From an uncultured Desulfatitalea sp. (lineage in GTDB: Bacteria > Desulfobacterota > Desulfobacteria > Desulfobacterales > Desulfosarcinaceae): a stretch of DNA of 64,000 bases. The notes under the pieces were generated by a model that saw nothing but the letters and a program-made list of their open reading frames with translations, made no database searches and was not told the DNA's origin. Each line of letters begins with the position of its first letter. Position 1 is the stretch's first letter. The stretch spans positions 1,920,001-1,984,000 of the forward strand of contig CAXXMB010000002.1 of NCBI GenBank assembly GCA_963668675.2, written 5' to 3'. A program made the translations under genes and the position numbers. Positions 39,665 through 49,865 of the stretch are shown here, piece by piece.

Positions 39665-41538
39665 GCGAATTGAATCCAAAACAAAGGGAGGCCGCACAGT
39701 TTAAAGATGGCATTGCCGCTGTGATAGCTGTTCCGGGATCAGGTAAGACGCGCACCATGATGGAAAGGATCGGCATCCTGGTCAATGAATACGGCATTCC
39801 CCCAGAACATATCCTCGGTCTGACCTTTACCAGGAATGCAGCGGACGAGATGAGATCACGATTGGTGCCGGTATTGGGAGATCTGTCATCAAGAGTCCGA
39901 TTGTCGACCATACACTCATTCTGCCTGCACCTGCTTAAAGTCGAAGGTCGCGTGTTTGAGATCCTATCCGGCAAGGAGCAGCTGGTGTTCATCAAGAATG
40001 TCATGAAACGTTTGCGGGTAAAGGATCTGACTGTTGGAACCGTCCTAAGAGAAATCTCCCTGTCCAAGAATAACATCATCGATCCGGTGGAGTTTAAAGA
40101 GCTTTTCTACGGCGATAAAACCATGATGCAGATCGGCGACATCTACCAGGCGTATGACAAAGCAAAAGAGGAGAAGCTACTGCTGGATTTCGATGACCTG
40201 CTGTTAGAAGCATATTACCTGCTGCGCGACAATGATGAGGTTCGGGAGCAATACCAGGGAAGCTTTCAATCCATACTCGTAGACGAATTTCAAGACACCA
40301 ACCCGGTGCAGTTCGAGTTGCTGCGGCTGTTGATTCGAGAAGACGGCAATCATGACGCATCGAGTTTCTGGGTGGCCGGCGATGACCATCAGGCAATCTA
40401 TTCATTTACTGGAGCCTCCGTTGGCAACATCCTTAACTTTCAGTCCATGTTCCCTGGATCCCGTCAGTTCATCCTGGATCTGAACTATCGTAGTACACCT
40501 CAGATCCTAACTGCATGCCAGAACCTGATCCAGCATAACATCAAGCAGATTCATAAGGAATTAAAGACCGACAATCCGGATGGGGATGATGTCGTTGTGC
40601 TGGAGGCGTCGAATGAAGAAACTGAATCAATGGGCGTGGTCAATGAAATCGTGGATCTGGTCGAACGCCTCGGGTATCAATACAGTGACATTGCCGTGCT
40701 GTATCGGGCAAACTTCCAGAGCCGGTATGTGGAAGAGGCCTTCCTGCAAAACAAGATTCCGTATCACATTCAAAGCGGGCGGACATTCTATGATCGATTC
40801 GAGGTCAAGTGTCTGCTGGACTATATGCGAGTGATCAACGCTCCCGGGACAGATGAAGCAGATGAGGCGCTACTGAATATCCTCAATGTGCCGGTCAGGT
40901 ATGTCAGCAACAAGATCAAAGATCAGCTCAAATCATATTGCAGGCAGCATGGCATTCATCTCTACGAGGGTTTGAAGTCGATGGTTATTGCGGTGCCGTT
41001 CGTCCGCAAGCTGGTCAAAGAGATGGTGGCGTTCATGGATCCATTAATAGAACAATCCGAAACACTGGAACCGGTGCAGGTCATTCAAAAGATCCGGACC
41101 ACGTTCGATTATGATCGCTTTATCGTGGACGAGGATATTCCCAGTCCCGATGACGTAAAGATATCGAACATCAACCAACTGCAATTGGCGGCCGCCCGGT
41201 ATTCAACCATTGGTGCCTTTCTTGACTACACGGACAGCTTTCAGGATGAAGCCATTGCCGATGATAAAGAAGGTGTGTCCTTGATGACCGTGCATAAGGC
41301 AAAAGGTCTGGAGTTTCCCGTGGTATTCGTAATCGGTCTGGTCGAAGGATTGATGCCCAGCGGTAAAGGCAACCTGGAAGAAGAGCGCCGGATCTGCTTT
41401 GTGGCCATATCCAGGGCAATGCGCATGCTGTTTGTATCGTATCCGTTGAACTATCTGGGCCAGCCTGCCAAAAAATCCCAGTTCCTGGATGAAATGCTTG
41501 GCAATCATCAAAGCACCAACCAACAATCAGCCGCTTAA
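39661..41538 (+). CDS. UvrD/Rep/PcrA-family helicase
   Basis: AVPGSGKT, LTFTRNAA, VDEFQDTN, GDDHQAIY, NYRST, TVHKAKGLEF, EERR...VAISRA. Confidence 0.96.
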   Translation: MSELNPKQREAAQFKDGIAAVIAVPGSGKTRTMMERIGILVNEYGIPPEHILGLTFTRNAADEMRSRLVPVLGDLSSRVRLSTIHSFCLHLLKVEGRVFEILSGKEQLVFIKNVMKRLRVKDLTVGTVLREISLSKNNIIDPVEFKELFYGDKTMMQIGDIYQAYDKAKEEKLLLDFDDLLLEAYYLLRDNDEVREQYQGSFQSILVDEFQDTNPVQFELLRLLIREDGNHDASSFWVAGDDHQAIYSFTGASVGNILNFQSMFPGSRQFILDLNYRSTPQILTACQNLIQHNIKQIHKELKTDNPDGDDVVVLEASNEETESMGVVNEIVDLVERLGYQYSDIAVLYRANFQSRYVEEAFLQNKIPYHIQSGRTFYDRFEVKCLLDYMRVINAPGTDEADEALLNILNVPVRYVSNKIKDQLKSYCRQHGIHLYEGLKSMVIAVPFVRKLVKEMVAFMDPLIEQSETLEPVQVIQKIRTTFDYDRFIVDEDIPSPDDVKISNINQLQLAAARYSTIGAFLDYTDSFQDEAIADDKEGVSLMTVHKAKGLEFPVVFVIGLVEGLMPSGKGNLEEERRICFVAISRAMRMLFVSYPLNYLGQPAKKSQFLDEMLGNHQSTNQQSAA

Positions 41539-41617
41539 AACCCAGCAGAACCGCTTCAGCACTCGTTCTCTGTATCATCCATATCCCAATGACAATAGAC
41601 CAAAAAGGAGGTCCCAC

Positions 41618-42094
41618 GTGGAGTTTCAACTGATTCATTTCAGAGACGCAGACAAGATCATCGAGGAAAAGGTCATGGTTTCAGATGTAGCCATGACCAT
41701 GGAATACGTCTTTAACACCCTGCAAGGCTCTTTGTATCGCGGAGAACTGCTTCGAATGGCCCTTGATGAGATGGGATGGCGAGAAAATGGCGCGCTGAAT
41801 GTGTTGCCTGGTCGCCGCTATCAATACAAAGGATTCAAACGGGGAGTCGCCATCGATGGGAGTTTTGCCGCTTACGAATATATCATCGAAGGCCTGATGC
41901 GTCTTCAGATCGGATTCGACAAGGGAAATGTTGAATCTGGGATATTAATGCTGACCGCCAAACGCAGCGAGAACAGTCCCTATGGCGATATCGTGGGCAT
42001 GGTTACTGAAGATGTTGAATCACTCTATCCGACGATATCCATGCCGGTATCGATCTGTCTGTTTGACCTGGGAGAACCATATCTGCCCGAATAG
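41618..42094 (+). CDS. Hypothetical protein, possibly a degenerate BglII/BstYI-like restriction-endonuclease fold
   Basis: GTG start after AGGAGG; YKGFKRGVAIDGSF...ESGILM. Confidence 0.5.
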   Translation: MEFQLIHFRDADKIIEEKVMVSDVAMTMEYVFNTLQGSLYRGELLRMALDEMGWRENGALNVLPGRRYQYKGFKRGVAIDGSFAAYEYIIEGLMRLQIGFDKGNVESGILMLTAKRSENSPYGDIVGMVTEDVESLYPTISMPVSICLFDLGEPYLPE

Positions 42095-42341
42095 CTGGAG
42101 GTGAGGACATGGCATATCCATTCGAGCCGAGAAGCAACCGTGGGAGGTTGACCGGCAAGCGTAAGACTGAAAATGCGCTTGGTAAGGATAACAGGAAAGA
42201 ACGTCATACCCGCATCAGTCGAAAAACCTGCCGCAAGAGATCCATTCCTGAACCAGCGAGCAAGTGAATCTTCTTATAGTTATCCCGTCTGTGTGAACGA
42301 TCATAATCAACTTTACTTCGATTTCAAAAAAGGAGATCTAT

Positions 42342-43268
42342 ATGCAAAAACTTACCACTCTTGAGAAAGTGTTCGATCGTGTGGATGTGATGTCGGCCGC
42401 CTGCTATGACGATAACATCAACGTGCCGGACATATCGTTTGATAACCTGGAGACTGTGCGCATCGCCGGTGAACCCCATCCGTTAAGACCTGTGGCGCAG
42501 CGATCCATATCAAATCGGCTGGGAATCCCTTATCCGTATTTGACCAGGTGCCCGAGCGATGTGCAGGCGCTGAACCTGAACCATTGGATCCAGCATGAGA
42601 AAAATGACCAGTTGTTGTTTCGCTTTGATGGTGAGGCGGTCAGGGCAGTGTTTACGACCAAGTATATTCCCGTAGACAACTTTGAGGTGATGGAGCGGTT
42701 GGATTCTCTGGGATATAAGCCGGAGACTCAAGTCCAGTGTCATCTTGATCCGGAGTTCATGTCATTGAGTATCCCTGATGGTCAGAAGGCGTTCGATATT
42801 AACGGTGACAAATTCAAACCGGGCATCTCGATATCCAACTCTGAAGTGGGGCTGGCGTCGCTTTCCATTGCGGCATTCGTTTTGCGGTTGATCTGCACCA
42901 ATGGACTGGTTGCCAAGTCGGATGTATCGGCGTCGTATCGTCATGTTTCCACCAAAATCCTGAATGAGTTTCCTCAGGTGATGGATAAGGTGTCATTGGA
43001 GTTGGGCGCTCAGCGGCAGCAGTTCAAGTTATCGATGGAATCGCCTGTCGATGAGCCATCTGCGACTCTGGCCAGTTTTAATCGTCAGTTTGGCTTAAAT
43101 GGTGGTGAGAAGGATGCTGTGGAATGGGCCTGGCCCCAGGAAGCGGGTGAAACCATGTTTCATGTGGTCAATACGTATACCCGGGCAGCACAGATGGAGG
43201 CATTACCGGCGGAGTCCAGTTTCAGGTTGAGTCGGGTTGGCGGGAATATATTGGGGATGTTGAACTGA
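42342..43268 (+). CDS. DUF932-like mobile-element protein
   Basis: RAVFTTKY..VDN, GISISNSEVG..S, LRLICTNGLV. Confidence 0.8.
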   Translation: MQKLTTLEKVFDRVDVMSAACYDDNINVPDISFDNLETVRIAGEPHPLRPVAQRSISNRLGIPYPYLTRCPSDVQALNLNHWIQHEKNDQLLFRFDGEAVRAVFTTKYIPVDNFEVMERLDSLGYKPETQVQCHLDPEFMSLSIPDGQKAFDINGDKFKPGISISNSEVGLASLSIAAFVLRLICTNGLVAKSDVSASYRHVSTKILNEFPQVMDKVSLELGAQRQQFKLSMESPVDEPSATLASFNRQFGLNGGEKDAVEWAWPQEAGETMFHVVNTYTRAAQMEALPAESSFRLSRVGGNILGMLN

Positions 43269-43302
43269 GTTGGAATTTGGTTTGTTTTCTATGAAGTAGG
43301 AT

Positions 43303-43343
43303 ATGGCCCGGTGGGCTTGGAAAGGGTGCCGGGCCATTATTTT
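43303..43343 (+). terminator. Hairpin ending the recombination operon
   Basis: ATGGCCCGG/CCGGGCCAT followed by TATTTT. Confidence 0.55.
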
Positions 43344-43474
43344 GAAATAATTTTAATACTTGCGAGCTTAAGGAATAGGTATGCACTGCCAAAAAATGCC
43401 AAACTGTGGCCCCACCGACTCTTCCTTTGCCGTAATCAAATATATTCCGGAGTGATTGTCTCTGATAAAAAATT

Positions 43475-44113
43475 TCAGGATGGTTGCGCTAAAATACCCC
43501 GGCTAAAAATCTCATAAGCAGTTCCAAGCGTCGATTTCAAATGGTTTTTTTTATCATCCAAAATATTTTTGCTCGTCTCCCATAAGACGATACCGGAAAA
43601 AAGAGCCCCAAAGATATCTGCCAGCGCGAAGGGATTCTTCTTGATGAACAGGCCGGCATCAACACCCTCCTCGAAAATTTTAGCAATGGCAATGGTTGAG
43701 TAACGCGCCAGATTTGTTATCTCATCGAGCAAATCCTCTGGAAGATTTTTTAACGTCTGACTAGACTGCAGGTGATACATATTTATGGTAACCACGGGGT
43801 CATAATTATATACATCGATCAGTACATTTTTTAGCGCGTCAAGTTGTTGCATCTTACTTAAATTGCCTTGTTTTATAATATGAGAGATGCGCATATTTAA
43901 ATAATGGAAGACTCGCAAGGAAAGTGCAACGAATAACTCTTCCTTGTTCTTGAAGTAGAGGTACAACGTACCGAAACCCAATTCAGCCTCATTCGCAATA
44001 TTTTTTATCGTCGCATTAGTGAAACCTTTTTCATGAAAAACCCTTCTGGCAGCCACGATGATCTGATTTCGCCGTTGTTCCTTTTCTCTTTCCCTGCGAT
44101 CTTGGATTCCCAT
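43475..44113 (-). CDS. TetR/AcrR family regulator
   Basis: [44 protein letters not shown]. Confidence 0.95.
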   Translation of the reverse strand: MGIQDRREREKEQRRNQIIVAARRVFHEKGFTNATIKNIANEAELGFGTLYLYFKNKEELFVALSLRVFHYLNMRISHIIKQGNLSKMQQLDALKNVLIDVYNYDPVVTINMYHLQSSQTLKNLPEDLLDEITNLARYSTIAIAKIFEEGVDAGLFIKKNPFALADIFGALFSGIVLWETSKNILDDKKNHLKSTLGTAYEIFSRGILAQPS

Positions 44114-44547
44114 TTTCTAAATATCCTAAAAGGAGATCTTACTTTTTGAGATAAGACAATCGAGAAAGCCTATTCAAATTCTACTACCGTTAAAGGGGGT
44201 TACGTAGCGCCATCAAAAAATCGACAACCTGTTTGATATAAATGAGACCATTTGCGTATAACCACTCGAAATGACAACCGGCCCAGGCCATTTTGAGTTC
44301 TATTTTGGACAACAGTGTAATCAAACCTCTGCTAAATATTCGTAACAGGCATCGGTGTTGCTGAAACCTTGGTCAAACTGGATTTCGGAATTGGGAAAAT
44401 CCCCCTATGCTCGTAGAGTCGGTCATGGTGGCCTCCTTTGATCTAATTGAGGCCAATATAGCAACCACTTGTGACAGATACGGTATGACCAATCCAGATT
44501 TTTATTATTCGGGTTTTGTGGATGACCGCGATTCTTTTTTCCTCAGT

Positions 44548-45117
44548 CTATTTTGTAGTTCGGTAAATCATGTCGACCACGGCTTTTCCAATGGACTTAG
44601 CCTCGCCAAGGGCCGTGCTCCGCGGGCCTGCGCCCGTCCCCTCTCGGACCGCTCCTTTTTCTAAACCGTACCCAATGCATCCGCCGACAGTGATCATCTG
44701 GTGGACTGTAAACCATGTACACATCAGAGCCAACACTTGTCCGGCACCGACCCGTCTTACCGCGACGGCAGCGGCAGCAACCTTCCCGCGCAATTTCCTC
44801 TTTTGATAGAGCGCGTAGGTCCGATCCATAATCGCCTTGGCCTGGGCGCTGACATTGATAAAGTACACCGGCGTACCGAAAATAATCCCATCCGAAGCTT
44901 CGAGTCTTTGATAGATTTCCTGCATGTCGTCCTCGATCACACATTGCCCATCATCGGAGCAACCGTTGCAGGCGTTGCACGGAAGGATCTGTTTGTCGGC
45001 CACCCGCACCAATTCGGTTTGGGCCCCTTTATCCCTGGCGGCGGCCAAAGCCTCCTCGACCAGTATTTCGGTGTTCCCCCCTGTTCGAGGACTGCATACC
45101 AGACCTATAATTTTCAT
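44548..45117 (-). CDS. Iron-sulfur flavoprotein / NADPH-dependent FMN reductase family
   Basis: SPRTGGNT, CNACNGC....C, GTPVYF. Confidence 0.92.
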   Translation of the reverse strand: MKIIGLVCSPRTGGNTEILVEEALAAARDKGAQTELVRVADKQILPCNACNGCSDDGQCVIEDDMQEIYQRLEASDGIIFGTPVYFINVSAQAKAIMDRTYALYQKRKLRGKVAAAAVAVRRVGAGQVLALMCTWFTVHQMITVGGCIGYGLEKGAVREGTGAGPRSTALGEAKSIGKAVVDMIYRTTK

Positions 45118-45285
45118 CGATATTTTCCTTTTGTGAAAATTAGAAGTCGTTCAACCGAGATTGGCCTCTTTGTCATATCGATTCATTGGATTTTTCTTTA
45201 ATCTTAAAGTGGGATCTTAATTTTCAAATATCATATCGTACCACTGCTATCCAAGACCTGTGAATGGCAGTAGATGTCTGACAGG

Positions 45286-45373
45286 TTGAAGATTTCTTTG
45301 CCACCCGCATCTTTCAGGTTCAGGGCAATGCTCTTTTTTCCACTGTTAAGCAAACCAAAGAGCGGAAAAGGAT
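45286..45373 (-). repeat. 88-bp copy of an internal segment of the CoA-transferase gene (52506-52593)
   Basis: Direct repeat, 85/88 identical by manual alignment. Confidence 0.9.
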
Positions 45374-45419
45374 CATTTTGTGACGTCAACTCTCCACTTT
45401 CTTCTTGGTTCTATTTTAA

Positions 45420-46586
45420 TTACTTGACCAGTATGTGAACCCCTGCGACAACAGGGGATGCGATTCCTGATAGGACACCACCAAGCATTTGCGCCATCCC
45501 GACTTTCGCTCCTTCCACCTGATTAGGAGCTTCTCCCCAAAGCTGGCGCGCAATGTCAATCACAACACGGACTCCTGATGCCCCCAAAGGGTGACCCATG
45601 GATAGCAATCCGCCGCTAGGGTTTACAGGGCACCGCCCACCCATCTCTACAGCGCCGGAACGCGCCAGTGAAACACCTTCCCCAGCGTCGCAGAGACCAA
45701 GCATCTCGTAAGCCGACAGCTCCTCCCCTGAGAAGGCATCGTGCATTTCGACCACATTGATATCCTTTTGTGGGTTTACGCCGGCCATTTCACATGCATC
45801 TTTCACGCCCATGATATTGGCCTCTAAAGACAGAGGGTCGAAAGAGGAGTCATGCGCGCCGCTGACAGAAATGACCGACCCTCCGATTTTGACCGGCGCA
45901 CGATGTGCTTTCTTGTTATTCTTTTTGAAATATTCCTCTGAGCAAAGGATAACAGCAGCTGCGCCATCGCTTTGCGGGCAACACTGCAACACCGTAATCG
46001 GATCGGCAATCATGGGAGATTTCATGATTTCTTGAAAGGAAACTTCCTTTTTATACTGCGAATACGGATTGGTCATACCGTTTTTGTGATTTTTGATGGA
46101 GGGATAGCAAATATCTTGGAGTGTCGCACCGCGTTCCTGGATCAAGCGATTGCATAACATTGCGAAAAATGAGGGCATGGTCAGCCCTGATTTTGCGTCC
46201 AAGTCGCCTTCGATGCCAATCAATCCTTTGCCGAATTTTTTGTTATAAGCGGATAGCGACTCGACACCCAATGCGAGACCCACATCGCAGCCACCCAAGG
46301 CGATTTCGCGGAACAGTAGATGTACCGCACTGGAGCCGCTGGCACAGGCATTTTCAACAGTATACATGGGGATCCGCCCGATGCCCAGGCGAATTAATGA
46401 AGATTCAACAACCGTTGGCGGACTGTGTATGCATCCGCAAAAAGCCGTTTGAAATTCTTTTGGAGAGATGCCGGCATCTCTGACGGAGGCCAGTGTCGCG
46501 GCAGCCGCTAAATCATTAACTGTCATGTCTGCATGCCTGCCGAAAACAGTTTGTCCGATTCCAAGAACATATACGCTTCGCATCAT
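45420..46586 (-). CDS. Thiolase, SCP-x/BbsB-like
   Basis: ENACASG, DGAAAV, EMHDAF, NPSGGLLSMGHPLGASG. Confidence 0.93.
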   Translation of the reverse strand: MMRSVYVLGIGQTVFGRHADMTVNDLAAAATLASVRDAGISPKEFQTAFCGCIHSPPTVVESSLIRLGIGRIPMYTVENACASGSSAVHLLFREIALGGCDVGLALGVESLSAYNKKFGKGLIGIEGDLDAKSGLTMPSFFAMLCNRLIQERGATLQDICYPSIKNHKNGMTNPYSQYKKEVSFQEIMKSPMIADPITVLQCCPQSDGAAAVILCSEEYFKKNNKKAHRAPVKIGGSVISVSGAHDSSFDPLSLEANIMGVKDACEMAGVNPQKDINVVEMHDAFSGEELSAYEMLGLCDAGEGVSLARSGAVEMGGRCPVNPSGGLLSMGHPLGASGVRVVIDIARQLWGEAPNQVEGAKVGMAQMLGGVLSGIASPVVAGVHILVK

Positions 46587-47008
46587 TCCGCACCTCCGAC
46601 ATCTGTCTTAATAGGCTCATAGTAATAGCCCATGACCTCTGTTCCATCTTTTTCGGTCCAAAGGACGCCTGTTTTCATGGTCATCAGAATGCCGGTTTTG
46701 ATCTCATCGGGGGCGGCATGAATCTGACCAAATATGCGGGTACCTTCGGGGAGGTCTACGAAACCTGCGACAATCGGTGGTTTATAGGGTCCGACTGGAA
46801 CCCTGGTAATTGAAAAAGAAAACAACGTACCCGTTCGGCTGAGAGGCACCATTTCGCCGTTTTCGGATGAACAGAACGGGCAAAGCTCGGTCACGGGAAA
46901 GGAAGTTTTTCCACAGGAACTGCACTTTCGGCCGATCTGGACCCAACGACCGTTTCTTTCTTCCATCACGCCAGGGTGAAATATAATGGTCATTTGATTC
47001 ACCTCCAC
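46583..47008 (-). CDS. Zn-ribbon/OB-fold (DUF35) thiolase partner
   Basis: KCSSCG..FP...CPFC, GTLFSFS, GFVDLPEG. Confidence 0.9.
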   Translation of the reverse strand: MEVNQMTIIFHPGVMEERNGRWVQIGRKCSSCGKTSFPVTELCPFCSSENGEMVPLSRTGTLFSFSITRVPVGPYKPPIVAGFVDLPEGTRIFGQIHAAPDEIKTGILMTMKTGVLWTEKDGTEVMGYYYEPIKTDVGGAE

Positions 47009-47014
47009 ATTTCA

Positions 47015-47806
47015 TCATTTTCCTTTAAATGCGGCTTGCCTTTTTTCCATAAAGGCGCTCATACCCTCTTTTTGATCTTCGGTGGAAAAAAGAATTTCAA
47101 AGCAACGCATCTCATATGAAAGAGCGCTTCTAAGGTCCATATTTATGCCCTGATTAATTGCTGATTTGAGCATTTTTAGGGCAAAAGCAGGACGCTCAAC
47201 GAATTTCTGGGCCATTTTTTTTGCTTCCGGAAGCAGTTGCTCAACGGAGGTGACCTTATTCACCAATCCTATTCGAAAGGCCTCAACAGCATCTATCGGA
47301 TCGCCGGAATATAGCAGTTCCTTTGCCCGGCCGATTCCCACAAGACGAGGTAAGCGTTGTGTCCCACCTCCTGCGGGGATCACCCCAATTTTAATTTCCG
47401 GCTGGCCGAAGAGGGCGTTTTCGGCGGCAATTCTGATATCGCACGCTAATGCAAGCTCGCACCCGCCGCCCAAAGCCGGTCCACAGACGGCAGCAATGGT
47501 CGGCTTATTTAAATTTTCTATTTTGTTGAACATTACTTCGCTGGTACGAAAAAACGCATGAACGGCCACTGGTGAATTCAAGCCTTTGATCTCTTTAATG
47601 TCGGCACCGGCGCCAAATAGCCTTTCATTGCCGGTGATGATAACCGCGCCAATGCTTTCATCCTCGGCAATCGCGTCCATGACCTGACCCATTTCATTGA
47701 TCATTTTTTGATTGAGAGCATTCAATCTGTCCGGCCGGTTAAGTCTTATAAAGGCAATATTGTTGACCGTTTCAAACAAAATGGTTTCAAAATTCATTCT
47801 GAACAC
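47015..47806 (-). CDS. Enoyl-CoA hydratase/isomerase
   Basis: AGADIKE, ALGGGCELALACD, GQPEIKIG. Confidence 0.95.
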   Translation of the reverse strand: MFRMNFETILFETVNNIAFIRLNRPDRLNALNQKMINEMGQVMDAIAEDESIGAVIITGNERLFGAGADIKEIKGLNSPVAVHAFFRTSEVMFNKIENLNKPTIAAVCGPALGGGCELALACDIRIAAENALFGQPEIKIGVIPAGGGTQRLPRLVGIGRAKELLYSGDPIDAVEAFRIGLVNKVTSVEQLLPEAKKMAQKFVERPAFALKMLKSAINQGINMDLRSALSYEMRCFEILFSTEDQKEGMSAFMEKRQAAFKGK

Positions 47807-47835
47807 CTCTCTGTAGAACCGATATGAATGGGAGT

Positions 47836-48609
47836 TTACTTGGCTGCCATTCGCAATGAACCATCCAGGCGGATCGTTTCTCCATTCAACATCGGGTTGT
47901 CGACGATGTGCTTAGCTAACAAGGCATATTCTCTTGGTAGGCCCAATCGTTTCGGGAAGGGTACCATTCTCCCTAAGGCGTTTCTGACTTCCTGCTTCAA
48001 ACCTGCCAACATGGGGGTGTCGAAAAGGCCGGGGGCAATGGTATTGATCCGAATTCCATATTCGGCGAATTCGCGTGCGATCGGCAGGGTCATCCCGACT
48101 ACGGCGGCCTTTGAAGCGCTGTAGGCGGCCTGACCGATCTGCCCATCAAATGCCGCTGCCGAAGCGGTATTGATGACAACGCCTCTTTCGCCATCCTCTT
48201 GGGGTTTGTTCATTAGCATTTTGGCCGCCGCCCGGGCGACCACGATCATTGTCCCCACGAGGTTGATATCGATCACTTTTCTGAAACTGGCGATTGAGAG
48301 CGGACCGTTTTTGCCGATCACTTTGGCCGGTGTTCCGGTGCCGGCACAATTGATGGCGATGTGAATTGCACCAAATTTTTCCATTGTGAGATTCAGGGCG
48401 TTTTCAACCTCATTTTCGTCCGTAACATCGGTTTTGCAGAAGAGGGCATCTTTGCCGAGTTCATTTGCCAGCCTGTTCCCGTTGTCCTCGGAAAGATCCA
48501 GGAGCGCCGCCTTAGAACCGTTCTCCACAAACATCCGTGCGCAAGCCTCACCGAGTCCGGATGCGCCTCCCGTGACGACGACCACTTTATTTGCGAGCAT
48601 CATTTGCAA
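47836..48609 (-). CDS. 3-hydroxyacyl-CoA dehydrogenase type II (SDR)
   Basis: TGGASGLG, NCAG, YSASK, MLNGETIRLDG. Confidence 0.93.
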   Translation of the reverse strand: MQMMLANKVVVVTGGASGLGEACARMFVENGSKAALLDLSEDNGNRLANELGKDALFCKTDVTDENEVENALNLTMEKFGAIHIAINCAGTGTPAKVIGKNGPLSIASFRKVIDINLVGTMIVVARAAAKMLMNKPQEDGERGVVINTASAAAFDGQIGQAAYSASKAAVVGMTLPIAREFAEYGIRINTIAPGLFDTPMLAGLKQEVRNALGRMVPFPKRLGLPREYALLAKHIVDNPMLNGETIRLDGSLRMAAK

Positions 48610-48617
48610 TTTCCTCC

Positions 48618-49790
48618 CTATTTGTTGTGTTTTCCGGATAGAATCCTTCCGATGATCAGGCGCTGGATCTCAGAGGTGCCTTCGACGATCTGAAGGATTT
48701 TAACTCCTTTGTAGTAGCGCGAAATCGGATATTCTTCCATCAGGCCATTTCCGCCGTGAATCTCAAGTGCATCGCTGGCCACTTTTTCTGCAATTTCCGA
48801 TGCGAAAAGTTTTGCTGCGGAGGCTTCAAAGTCGTATGGTCTGCCCTGGTCTTTGAGCCATGCGGCTTTAAGGTATTGGTTTCTGGCCAGTTCGATCGAC
48901 ACAGCCATGTCGGCCAGCTTGAACTGGATCGCCTGAAAATCGAAAATTGGGCGCCCGAACTGCTTCCTCTCTTGAGCGTATTTTAGAGCTTCATTCAGGC
49001 AGGCTTGTGCCACACCCACGGCAATGGCGGCAATGCTGATGCGTCCAGTCTCCAGCACAGCTAAATGCTGTGCAAACCCCCGTTTGGGATCCCCAAGCAA
49101 ATTTTCTTTTGGCACGCGACAATCGGACAAAATGACTTCATGAGTAGCGGAACTGTTCCAAGCCATTTTTCTATAACGTTCCCCCAAGGTAAAACCTGGT
49201 GAGTTTTTGGGAACAATGAAAGTCGAAATGGTATCCGCTCTTTCTCCTTCTTTGACCCTGGCCGCCACGATAATCATGGAAGCATTCTCAAGACCGATAT
49301 TGGTTATAAACTGTTTTGTGCCATTGAGCACCCATTCACCATTTTTTAATTCGGCGGTGGCTTGAAGTGCCCCGGCATCGGAGCCCGAGTTCGGTTCCGT
49401 TAAACCAAAGGCCCCGATTTCTTTTCCCTGTGCCAAGGGAATTAGCCATTGTTGTTTTTGCTTTTCTGTGCCGAAAACCGCAATTTCTTGGGCAACTACG
49501 CTTGTCGTGACATCAAGAAGGCCGCCTAAGGCGCCATCAACCCGTGAAATTTCTTCAATACACAAGTGCATCGAAACCCAATCTCCGCCTGTACCCCCGT
49601 AAGCTTCGGGAAACGGAATGCCCATGAAGCCAAGTTCACCCATTTTTTTTATGATATCGTAGGGGTAGGCGCCTGTTCTTTCGATCTCCTCGGCAATAGG
49701 GGCGATCTCCTTCTGGGCAAAACGGCGTACTTCCCTACGAATCATCTCTTGTTCCGTTGTGAAATCGAAATTCATTCTAGATCTCCTCAT
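48618..49790 (-). CDS. Acyl-CoA dehydrogenase
   Basis: FGLTEPNSGSD, NGTKQFITN, ERKQFG, IHGGNG, EGTSEIQR. Confidence 0.96.
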   Translation of the reverse strand: MRRSRMNFDFTTEQEMIRREVRRFAQKEIAPIAEEIERTGAYPYDIIKKMGELGFMGIPFPEAYGGTGGDWVSMHLCIEEISRVDGALGGLLDVTTSVVAQEIAVFGTEKQKQQWLIPLAQGKEIGAFGLTEPNSGSDAGALQATAELKNGEWVLNGTKQFITNIGLENASMIIVAARVKEGERADTISTFIVPKNSPGFTLGERYRKMAWNSSATHEVILSDCRVPKENLLGDPKRGFAQHLAVLETGRISIAAIAVGVAQACLNEALKYAQERKQFGRPIFDFQAIQFKLADMAVSIELARNQYLKAAWLKDQGRPYDFEASAAKLFASEIAEKVASDALEIHGGNGLMEEYPISRYYKGVKILQIVEGTSEIQRLIIGRILSGKHNK

Positions 49791-49865
49791 AATGGGCCAT
49801 TGATAAATTATTTTACGTTTTGCAAGTAGCTTTTTTTGAATTGAAAAAAATTAACGCCTATAGAC

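Noticed and set aside
2971..43268. Prophage or self-transmissible ICE
   Set aside because: No capsid, terminase, tail, T4SS, coupling protein, relaxase or integrase was recognised in the window.
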